Source: a bacterium
GTDB lineage: Bacteria; Bacillota_I; Bacilli_A; RFN20; DUOZ01
Assembly (NCBI GenBank): GCA_012838555.1
Contig: DUOZ01000100.1
Coordinates: forward strand, 1-35,604
Direction of reading: 5' to 3'
DNA: 35,604 nucleotides
The notes beneath the pieces were generated by a model. It was not told the DNA's origin, did no database searches, and worked only from the letters and a program-made list of their open reading frames with translations. Position 1 is the stretch's first letter; every line of letters starts with the position of its first letter. A program made the position numbers and the translations under genes. Shown here piece by piece: positions 28,399-35,604 of this stretch.

Positions 28399-30135
28399 CT
28401 ACTCAGGCATTGATGTTTGGCGAATATATTGATCTTTATACCAACCATCTTGTGCTAATAACTCTTCATGAGTTCCCATTTGAGTAATTCTTCCTTTTTC
28501 TAAAACAATAATTTTATCAGAATCTTTAATCGCACTAAAACGATGTGCGACAATGATATTAGTTTTATCTTGACGTGTTTCTTTAAGATTCTTTAATATA
28601 GTTTGTTCAGTCGTTGCATCAACCGCGCTTAATGAATCATCTAGTATTAAAATTTGAGGATCTTTAATTAGTGCCCTAGCTATTGATAAACGTTGACGTT
28701 GGCCCCCTGATAAGGTTGAACCAAACTCTCCGACCATCGTATTAAGTCCTTGCGATAAGAACTGTAAATCTTTTTTAAAGTCAGATACTTCTAGAGCCTT
28801 TTCAACATTTTCAATTGTTGCACCTTCATTACCAATGATAATATTTTCATCGACTCTTCCTTTAAACAAGAAGTGTGATTGAGGAACATAACCTACTAAA
28901 TTTCTAACATCTTCGATTTTGTAATTTTCAATTGGTTCATCGTCAATATAAATATCACCTTTTGTAATATTATAATCTCTTAGCAATTGACGAATTAACG
29001 TTGATTTACCTGCTCCTGTAGGACCAACAATCCCAATTGTTTCCCCTTTATTTATAACAATATTAATATCTTTAATAACGCAATGCCGGTCAAAAGGATA
29101 TTTAAAACTAACATTTCTAAATTCAATTTTTTCAAATTTGCAAATACGTTTTGAATCTTCTAAATCTGTTACTTCAGGTTTTAATTTAATTATTTCTTGA
29201 TACCTGTCATTAGCAATCACTGAATTATTAACACTACCTAAAACGCCACCAATCGCTGCTAAAGGTCCAAATAAGGTTCCAATATACATTGTAAAAGTAA
29301 CTAAATCACCGACACTTATTTTGGAATTAATTACATAATAAGTTCCAACAGCAAAGGCTAAGAAATAACTAATCGCATATACAAATTCAAATAAAGGAGC
29401 AAAAAGTGCTTCAAATTTTAAAATATATGACCATGATTTAATATCATTATCTATTGCTACTTTTAACTTCTTAAAATCATTTTCTTCTTGAGTATAAGCT
29501 TTTAAAGTTCTAATACCTTCGATAGTTTCTAAAACTTTTTCTTGCATCTCAGAATAGATAACGCGATGTTTAACATAATACTTTCTCATTCTTTGTCTTA
29601 AGATAGTTAAAATAAAAATCGATATTGGCATAATCGCCATTGTAATTAAAGTTAATTCCCAACTGATTGTAAAAAACATAATAGAAACTGTAAAAATAAT
29701 AACACCACTATTATAAACAATTGTTTGTAATAATCCAGTCGCTGCATTAGTTAATCCATACATATCATTAGTAACACGTGAAATTAAATCACCTTTGGTA
29801 TATTGTTCATAATTTTTAGCGTCTAACTCAAATAAATGTTCTAAGTAATTATGTCTTAAAAGAAAGGTTAATTTATGACCTTCAGCATTAATTAAATAAT
29901 GATAAATATAATTAACTACATAACCAAATAAAGGAACACCACTTAAAAGTGCGACAAGTAAAAAAAGTGATGATGAGTTAATATTTCCATTGACAATTAA
30001 ATCAATCGCTCGACCTAGTAAATTCGCAGGTATTGTTGGTAAAATCGAAAGGATAACGAGCATAATCGCCATCATTAAATAAGATTTCCATTCTTGTTTA
30101 AAAAACCACCCTAAACTCTTGTAGACCTTAAACAT
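28399..30135 (-). CDS. heterodimeric ABC exporter subunit, BmrC/YheI-like
   Basis: LGWFFKQEWKSY, GDLISRVTND, GPTGAGKST, LSGGQRQR, non-canonical Walker B LDDSLSAVD; start is 30135 or 30150. Confidence 0.87.
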   Translation of the reverse strand: MFKVYKSLGWFFKQEWKSYLMMAIMLVILSILPTIPANLLGRAIDLIVNGNINSSSLFLLVALLSGVPLFGYVVNYIYHYLINAEGHKLTFLLRHNYLEHLFELDAKNYEQYTKGDLISRVTNDMYGLTNAATGLLQTIVYNSGVIIFTVSIMFFTISWELTLITMAIMPISIFILTILRQRMRKYYVKHRVIYSEMQEKVLETIEGIRTLKAYTQEENDFKKLKVAIDNDIKSWSYILKFEALFAPLFEFVYAISYFLAFAVGTYYVINSKISVGDLVTFTMYIGTLFGPLAAIGGVLGSVNNSVIANDRYQEIIKLKPEVTDLEDSKRICKFEKIEFRNVSFKYPFDRHCVIKDINIVINKGETIGIVGPTGAGKSTLIRQLLRDYNITKGDIYIDDEPIENYKIEDVRNLVGYVPQSHFLFKGRVDENIIIGNEGATIENVEKALEVSDFKKDLQFLSQGLNTMVGEFGSTLSGGQRQRLSIARALIKDPQILILDDSLSAVDATTEQTILKNLKETRQDKTNIIVAHRFSAIKDSDKIIVLEKGRITQMGTHEELLAQDGWYKDQYIRQTSMPE

Positions 30136-30172
30136 AAGCCCCACCCGCATTCATCTAAATAGGTACTCTTTT

Positions 30173-30254
30173 TATTAAATTCATTATATCATTAATAATG
30201 ATAAATACAATCGAAATCGCTTTAAAAAATGATATAATATCATTGAATTTAATA
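30173..30254. promoter_or_regulatory. divergent extended -10 promoters with inverted-repeat arms and a central LacI/cre-like site
   Basis: TGATATAAT on minus (30191-30183) and on plus (30230-30238); CGAAATCGCTTTAA at 30212-30225. Confidence 0.6.
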
Positions 30255-30277
30255 TAAATAAAAAGGAGGTAAATAAT

Positions 30278-31927
30278 TTGAAAAAAGCATGGTATAAAGA
30301 AGGAGTCGTTTATCAAATTTATCCACGTAGTTTTAAAGACTCTAATAATGATGGTATCGGTGATTTAAAAGGTATCATAGAGAAACTCGATTATTTAAAA
30401 GAATTAGGGATCGATATTATATGGCTATCCCCAATTTATGAATCACCACTAGATGATAATGGTTATGATGTTTCTGATTATCGAGCGATTTTAAAAGATT
30501 TCGGTACCATGGAAGATTTTAAAAAGTTAGTTAAAGAAGTTCATAATCGAGGAATGAGAATTATTTTAGATATGGTTATTAATCATACCTCAAGTGAACA
30601 TAAATTCTTTAAAGAAGCTTTAAGTGATGTTAATAGTAAATATCGAGATTGGTATTTCTTCAAAAAAGGAAAGAAAAACAAATTACCTAATAACTGGACT
30701 TCCTTCTTTGGTGGAAAAGCTTGGACTTATAATAAACAAACTGATGATTATTATCTTCATTTATTCGCACCTTCTCAACCTGATTTAAATTGGGAAAACG
30801 AAGAAGTTAAGAAAGAGTTCAAGGATGTTTTAAAGTTCTGGCTTGATGAAGGGGTTGATGGTTTTAGACTAGATGTAATAAACATTTTATCTAAAAGAGA
30901 AGGTCTACCTAATGGTAAGAAAAGACTTGCTTTAACGGGTAAAGAACATTATGTAAACGGACCTAAAATGCATCAAATCCTTCAAGAATTAAATGAAGAT
31001 GTGTTTAATAAATATGATTGTTTTACGGTCGGTGAAACGGTCTTAATTGATACAAAAGAGGCTTTAAAATACACCGGCGGAGACAAACGAGAACTTGATA
31101 TGCTCTTTAGTTTTGAACATACTTCAGTTGATACCATTAACAATAAATGGTTTATTAGAAAATTTAGACCTTATCATTTAAAAAAAGTTTTAGATAAATA
31201 TCAAGAAGCACTTAATAATAAAGGCTGGAACACCTTATTTTTTGAAAACCACGATCAACCCCGCGTTGTATCTAGATGGGGAGATACAAAAGACTATTAT
31301 AAAGAAAGTGCGAAATTACTAGCGACTATTTTATTCTTCCAACAAGGAACGCCATTCATTTATCAAGGTCAAGAAATCGCGATGACGAATGCTGATTTTA
31401 AAGAACTAGATGAATACAAAGATGTTGAAACTCACAACATCTATAAATTAGGTAGAGAGGTTTTCCATTTCACTCATAAGCGAATGATGAAAAAGATCAA
31501 ATATATGTCTAGAGATAATGCGAGGACACCAATGCAATGGGATGATTCAAAAAACGCTGGTTTTTCTAAAGGAACTCCTTGGATTAGGGTTAATTCAAAT
31601 TATAAAAAGATAAATGTTAAAAATAATATTAAGGATAAAGATTCAGTTTATCATTATTATAAAAAAATCTTTGCTTTAAGAAAGAAATACCCAGTAATTG
31701 TTTATGGTGATTATAAACCATTATTTAAGAAGTCTAGATATTTATATGCTTATGAAAGAACTCTAGATAATAATTCATTAATAGTAATTTCTAATTTCTC
31801 TAAAAAGCAAAGAAAATTCCCAAAACTTAACTTAGATGACTATAAAGTTATTTTACAAAACTATAAGACTTTAGATAATAATTATTTAAAACCATATGAA
31901 GCTAGAGTCTATCTAAAAACTAAGTAA
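30278..31927 (+). CDS. malL: GH13 oligo-1,6-glucosidase / alpha-glucosidase (GH13_31-like)
   Basis: YQIYPRSF, DNGYD, VINHTS, QPDLNW, GFRLDVIN, TVGE, ENHDQPR, SRDNARTPMQW; TTG start follows AAGGAGGT. Confidence 0.88.
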   Translation: MKKAWYKEGVVYQIYPRSFKDSNNDGIGDLKGIIEKLDYLKELGIDIIWLSPIYESPLDDNGYDVSDYRAILKDFGTMEDFKKLVKEVHNRGMRIILDMVINHTSSEHKFFKEALSDVNSKYRDWYFFKKGKKNKLPNNWTSFFGGKAWTYNKQTDDYYLHLFAPSQPDLNWENEEVKKEFKDVLKFWLDEGVDGFRLDVINILSKREGLPNGKKRLALTGKEHYVNGPKMHQILQELNEDVFNKYDCFTVGETVLIDTKEALKYTGGDKRELDMLFSFEHTSVDTINNKWFIRKFRPYHLKKVLDKYQEALNNKGWNTLFFENHDQPRVVSRWGDTKDYYKESAKLLATILFFQQGTPFIYQGQEIAMTNADFKELDEYKDVETHNIYKLGREVFHFTHKRMMKKIKYMSRDNARTPMQWDDSKNAGFSKGTPWIRVNSNYKKINVKNNIKDKDSVYHYYKKIFALRKKYPVIVYGDYKPLFKKSRYLYAYERTLDNNSLIVISNFSKKQRKFPKLNLDDYKVILQNYKTLDNNYLKPYEARVYLKTK

Positions 31928-31955
31928 AAGAAAACTCCAGGAATTCTGGAGTTTT
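31928..31955. terminator. terminator between convergent GH13 and lipoprotein genes, probably bidirectional
   Basis: AAAACTCCAG-GAATT-CTGGAGTTTT perfect 10 bp inverted repeat. Confidence 0.85.
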
Positions 31956-31963
31956 AGTAAAGA

Positions 31964-33100
31964 TCAGTCATGATGATTTTTATGATGTGGAATTTTGTCT
32001 CTTATTTCTTTTACCTTTTCTTTGATTTTTTCTTTAACTTCCTCTTTTATCTTTTTTATTTTTTCATTACGACATTTAAAGAATTCTTGTCCATCAAAGA
32101 AATGATAACGATAGAGTGTTTCTCCAGTTTCTTCATCAGTAATGATAAAGACTTTGATATCAATTACATTACGGTCTTTAATGATTCTAATTTTAATTAA
32201 TTGTTTACCTTCTTCTTCAATCTTTTTGAAACTGTAGTCTTCATAACTTCCATTTTCATATAATCTTAATTTAATTTCTGTTTTAGATTCAACGTTTTTA
32301 ACATTAATATCAGAAATTGATTCGATTTTACCGTCTTTAACAATTCGATATTTAAAGTTCTCTTTATCTTCATTACTCATATGAGAAACTCTTACATAAT
32401 TAAAGCGGTCAATAAATGAAATAAAGCTTGTTTTAGTAAATGTTTCATGAGCGATTCTAACACCTTTGATTTCATAATGTTCTTCCCCGACAATCATTAT
32501 TCCTTCAATAAGTGTAGAGACTTCATCAATTTTATCTCTTATACGGTCTAAATGACGAACTTCTTTAACCTTACTATGATAATTTTCAACGATTTCATCA
32601 ACTGACTCAACTTCATTACCAACTTCTTCTTCATCAGTGATATCCTCTTCAATTTCATCTTCAACATCAATAATTACTTCATTATAATATAGAACATAAC
32701 TTTGAGTTTCTCCTAGTAAACTTTTTGTTGAAATAATCATCATATAATCAAATTCTTCAATATCAGAATTTGAGATATTACTACTTAAGACACCTTCATC
32801 ACTTAATAAACTTTCAAATAGATTTACATAATAATTAATCTTTTCAATTTCTTCTTCACCGACTTCATTCCAAGCTAGATTCATCGCTTTAGATGCATTT
32901 GTCTCAGCTGACATATCAAATTGAGAAAGTAGTGACGCACTAGTTAATGCAGAAAAACCATAAACATCGTCGACATCATTAATTTCTGTTATGTATTCAC
33001 TCTTTTTTTCAGTATCTACATCTGAAGAATTAAGAGTTGAACAACCTCCTAGGATTAAAAGTGATACTAAAATTGATAAAGCAAAATTTTTCTTTTTCAT
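31964..33100 (-). CDS. uncharacterised lipoprotein with an acidic loop and a Lys/His-rich C-terminus
   Basis: MKKKNFALSILVSLLILGGC lipobox; D/E-rich segment; ends KIPHHKNHHD; RBS AAGGAGG. Confidence 0.75.
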   Translation of the reverse strand: MKKKNFALSILVSLLILGGCSTLNSSDVDTEKKSEYITEINDVDDVYGFSALTSASLLSQFDMSAETNASKAMNLAWNEVGEEEIEKINYYVNLFESLLSDEGVLSSNISNSDIEEFDYMMIISTKSLLGETQSYVLYYNEVIIDVEDEIEEDITDEEEVGNEVESVDEIVENYHSKVKEVRHLDRIRDKIDEVSTLIEGIMIVGEEHYEIKGVRIAHETFTKTSFISFIDRFNYVRVSHMSNEDKENFKYRIVKDGKIESISDINVKNVESKTEIKLRLYENGSYEDYSFKKIEEEGKQLIKIRIIKDRNVIDIKVFIITDEETGETLYRYHFFDGQEFFKCRNEKIKKIKEEVKEKIKEKVKEIRDKIPHHKNHHD

Positions 33101-33138
33101 ATCTTTTCCTCCTTACTAGTAAAAACTAGCATACATAT

Positions 33139-33170
33139 ATATAACTCTTTAAGATTTCATTTTGTTGGTA
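33139..33170 (-). promoter_or_regulatory. putative ECF-sigma promoter of the lipoprotein gene
   Basis: TACCAACAAA-N15-GTTATAT, with both boxes and the spacing identical to 34897..34928. Confidence 0.75.
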
Positions 33171-33174
33171 AAAT

Positions 33175-34290
33175 TTATTTATGTTGATGATGTTGTTTTT
33201 TAAAATCATTCTTTTTCGTATCAAATTCACTTTGTAAATCATCTAATTGCTTCTTTAACAAGTCCTTATAATCATCTAATAACACTTTAAGTGCATTAAT
33301 TTCATGCTGATCTTTAGGATCGTTAATTTTAAACTCCCAATCTAAATGATTTTCTAAAATGAAATTATTAAACTTTTGCTTTACTCTATTTAAGAAAACT
33401 TTATTTTTAATTTTAGGTAAATCTTTTAAGATATCTTCGATTTTATCAATTCTTTCATTGATTAAATCCCTAGTTTCATTAAACTCTTTTCGAAACTCTT
33501 TAAATTCATCTTTTAAGGCATCATGATAATTATCGATTTCTTCTTTATTAAAACCATTAATTAACTCATTAAGTTCTTTAACTGAAAGAACTCTAGCTTG
33601 TTCAAAGGTTAAAGTTTGATCTTTATCACATGCTTTAGTGATTAATAAATATCTACCAACACTAACACCTAGTTCTTTAGCATGATTTTTAAAATCATCA
33701 TTATTACTCATTAAAACATTAACACGATTATCTAATAATTGCTCCTGCAAATAAATAGTAATAGCATTTTTTATTAATAAAGAAACTTCATTTTCTTTTA
33801 CCTCATCATCATTAATCGCTGTTATCATTAAAGCATTATCAGTTGTATCTTTATTAATATAACCTACTTCAATAGCTAAATTTACAATTTCTTTAACAGC
33901 ATCTTTAATATCTAAATCAATAAGTTCACATTCAAATAGTAACAACATCGCTTCTTTATTTAATGGACGATAAGAAGTTACTTTATTATCTTTATCAATT
34001 TCTAATTCAATTGATGGATTAATATCAATCGAAACATATGTGTTTAATTCTTCTACCTTAACAATACTTGATGGTGTAAAGGCATCTTTAAAAAGTGGAA
34101 TAATTGTAAATAAAACAAGTGCCGCAGCAAAAACTAAACTAATAAATGAACGCTTCATTTTCTTTTTAACTATATAATCATTACTAGGAGAATAGTAACT
34201 ATCAAGCTTTGACATTAATTCATCTTTAAGATTAGGAACGATAGAATCTGCTTCTATTTTTAATCTTTTTTCAATTTCTTTAATCTTCAT
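33175..34290 (-). CDS. membrane anti-sigma factor with an RsgI-type extracellular (SEA-like) domain and a coiled-coil C-terminus
   Basis: about 48 aa cytoplasmic N-terminus, one TM, then YVSIDINPSIELEIDKDNKV..LNKEA..AIEVGYI..KELGVSVGRY; overlaps the 3' end of the sigma gene. Confidence 0.8.
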   Translation of the reverse strand: MKIKEIEKRLKIEADSIVPNLKDELMSKLDSYYSPSNDYIVKKKMKRSFISLVFAAALVLFTIIPLFKDAFTPSSIVKVEELNTYVSIDINPSIELEIDKDNKVTSYRPLNKEAMLLLFECELIDLDIKDAVKEIVNLAIEVGYINKDTTDNALMITAINDDEVKENEVSLLIKNAITIYLQEQLLDNRVNVLMSNNDDFKNHAKELGVSVGRYLLITKACDKDQTLTFEQARVLSVKELNELINGFNKEEIDNYHDALKDEFKEFRKEFNETRDLINERIDKIEDILKDLPKIKNKVFLNRVKQKFNNFILENHLDWEFKINDPKDQHEINALKVLLDDYKDLLKKQLDDLQSEFDTKKNDFKKQHHQHK

Positions 34291-34825
34291 TACTAATTCC
34301 CCCTTTCTCTAAATGTTCTTTTAAGGTATTCAAAGCTTTTAAATATTTCCAAGTAATTGTACTTATAGGTTTATTTAAGATTTTAGCAACTTCTTTACGC
34401 TTCATATTTAAGAATAAACACATCGCTAGAATCTGATATTCATCATCAGGTAAAACTTTTTTGGCTAGATCGATGGTCGGAGTATCAATATCACGTTCAT
34501 TTTCTTGGACTCCAAATAAATACTCATTTTCACTAACATCAATTGATTGTTCTTTCTTTCTAACTCTTAATTCATCTAGTGAAAGATTTCTTACTATTGT
34601 TGTAATCCATGCTCCTGGATTTGAATTATCTTGATATGATGATATTTTTTGCATGATTTTAAGATAGGTATTTTGCATAACATCTTTAGCTAATTCTCTA
34701 TTTTTTAAAATCGATAAAGCATAATGAAACACGTATTTATGAGTCATATCATAAATAGGTCCAAATGCTTCTTTTTTACCGTACTTAAACTCTAACATCC
34801 ATTTATTTAATGCTTGGTGATCCAT
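34280..34825 (-). CDS. ECF (group 4) RNA polymerase sigma factor
   Basis: only region 2 (AKDVMQNTYLKI..AWITTIVRNLSLDELR) and region 4 (KEVAKILNKPISTI..ALNTLK), about 181 aa; ATG 34825 follows GGAAGGT. Confidence 0.9.
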   Translation of the reverse strand: MDHQALNKWMLEFKYGKKEAFGPIYDMTHKYVFHYALSILKNRELAKDVMQNTYLKIMQKISSYQDNSNPGAWITTIVRNLSLDELRVRKKEQSIDVSENEYLFGVQENERDIDTPTIDLAKKVLPDDEYQILAMCLFLNMKRKEVAKILNKPISTITWKYLKALNTLKEHLEKGGISNED

Positions 34826-34851
34826 ACACTTACCTTCCATCTAATAGTCAA

Positions 34852-34860
34852 ATTATACCA
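34852..34860 (-). promoter_or_regulatory. extended -10 SigA-type promoter of the ECF sigma gene
   Basis: TGGTATAAT, with TATAAT ending 26 nt before the start codon. Confidence 0.55.
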
Positions 34861-34896
34861 CACTTTTTCAAAAGTAAATGTAGTCATCACTCAATA

Positions 34897-34928
34897 ATAT
34901 AACGATGAAGTGATATTGTTTGTTGGTA
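34897..34928 (-). promoter_or_regulatory. putative autoregulatory ECF-sigma promoter
   Basis: TACCAACAAA-CAATATCACTTCATC-GTTATAT, which contains the general ECF pattern AAC-N17-CGT. Confidence 0.75.
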
Positions 34929-34966
34929 GGAAAATCTTTTAATGTTATAATTTAGAGGGTGAAAAT

Positions 34967-35604
34967 ATGGACATACTTAATTTAATCAAAGATGGAGACA
35001 TCATTATTACTCCCTATGAAGTAAAAAAGGAAATATTAAAAGAAATATCAAAAAGGAAATTATTCCATCACTTTCGTTTTTTCACTAAAAAGGAAATTAT
35101 TGAAAAGAGTTTATTTATTTATGATTTAAATACAATTGCTTATTTAATGGAAAATTATGAGTTTAGAGTTGAAAATGCCATTATGTATTTAAATAATTTA
35201 TATTATATAGATAATAAAACTTATAATATTGAAAAATTAGACTTTTTAGTCAAAATAAAAAAAGAATTAACTAGAATAAAGTTACTTAAAGAAGATAACT
35301 TATTTAAACAGTTAGTACTTAACAAAAGAGTGATTGTTGTTGGTTACCAAATTATTGACAATTTATTTAATAGAGCATTAAATGAACTTAATAAAGTCTC
35401 AGAAGTTCAAATAATTGAGTTTGAAAATAAAGAAATCCCTAAATTAGATGTCTTCCATTATCATCATTTAAATGATGAAGTTAACGGTGTTGCAGTTAAA
35501 ATTTGTGAGTTAATCGAACAAGGAATTAATATTAACAAGATAAAGCTTTCTAATGTAAATAATTCTTATTATTACACTTTAAATAAAATTTTTAATTTAT
35601 ATAA
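34967..35604 (+). CDS. N-terminal part of a large protein, possibly an AddB-like/PD-(D/E)XK nuclease family member; runs off the right edge
   Basis: Absent from the ORF track; open frame from ATG 34967 (RBS GAGGGTG, TGTTATAAT at 34943-34951): MDILNLIKDGDIIITPY..DEVNGVAVKICELIEQGININKIKL resembles the AddB E-V-x3-A-x2-I-x2-L...G...I pattern. The nuclease domain itself is not in the window. Confidence 0.5.
   Translation, partial: MDILNLIKDGDIIITPYEVKKEILKEISKRKLFHHFRFFTKKEIIEKSLFIYDLNTIAYLMENYEFRVENAIMYLNNLYYIDNKTYNIEKLDFLVKIKKELTRIKLLKEDNLFKQLVLNKRVIVVGYQIIDNLFNRALNELNKVSEVQIIEFENKEIPKLDVFHYHHLNDEVNGVAVKICELIEQGININKIKLSNVNNSYYYTLNKIFNLY

Noticed and set aside
26664-28487. ORFs 26664..26858, 28045..28254 and 28218..28487
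   Set aside because: Shadows of the ABC transporter genes; the MMMM run is just the out-of-frame reading of GATGATGAT (Asp codons).
30009-30041. partial ECF-like -35 box TACCAACAAT inside the bmrC-like gene (similar at 2280-2289)
   Set aside because: Intragenic, with no GTTA box 15 nt downstream.
30187-30244. Fur/PerR box interpretation of the ATCATT/AATGAT palindromes
   Set aside because: Half-site order and spacing do not fit the TGATAAT-N-ATTATCA 7-1-7 consensus.
31970-32200. Phe-rich 76 aa plus-strand ORF
   Set aside because: Antisense reading of the Lys/Glu-rich tail of the lipoprotein.
1-35604. CRISPR arrays, tRNA/rRNA, IS or prophage genes, defence systems, genetic code 4
   Set aside because: No spaced direct repeats or RNA-gene signatures seen; intergenic gaps are short; no transposase, integrase or phage ORFs; TGA ends genes (e.g. 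9651, 12229, 31964).

Overview
AT-rich chromosomal window from a low-GC Firmicute (Bacilli-like; TGA is used as stop, so code 11), probably a spore former (cwlD, DUF11 and DUF1540 genes). Most genes lie on the minus strand. It contains: a surface GH16 beta-glucanase cut by the left edge; an overlapping ecfA1-ecfA2-ecfT-truA-PHP-ABC-MacB-MacB operon; cwlD with two divergent DUF11 genes; a translation cluster (two U32/TrhP genes, typA, a stand-alone Smr, rplM-rpsI with an L13 leader); a GNAT, darA and a DUF1540 gene; a glucan cluster (GH30, Gfo/Idh/MocA, Ig+CBM4 lipoprotein, GH17, BmrCD-like ABC pair, GH13 oligo-1,6-glucosidase); an ECF sigma / RsgI-like anti-sigma / lipoprotein trio; and a partial AddB-like gene at the right edge. 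I saw no rRNA, tRNA, CRISPR or mobile element. Best candidates for something new: (1) an ECF sigma paired with an RsgI-type Asn-Pro autoproteolytic anti-sigma, whose likely promoter TACCAACAAA-N15-GTTATAT occurs identically upstream of the sigma gene and of an uncharacterised lipoprotein; (2) a split beta-1,3/1,6-glucan system (GH16+GH17+GH30+CBM4 lipoprotein) with shared LacI/cre-like operators; (3) a long hairpin that hides the RBS and start codon of the DUF1540 gene on read-through RNA and contains a SigG-like promoter. All family calls come from motif recognition by eye; no database search was run.
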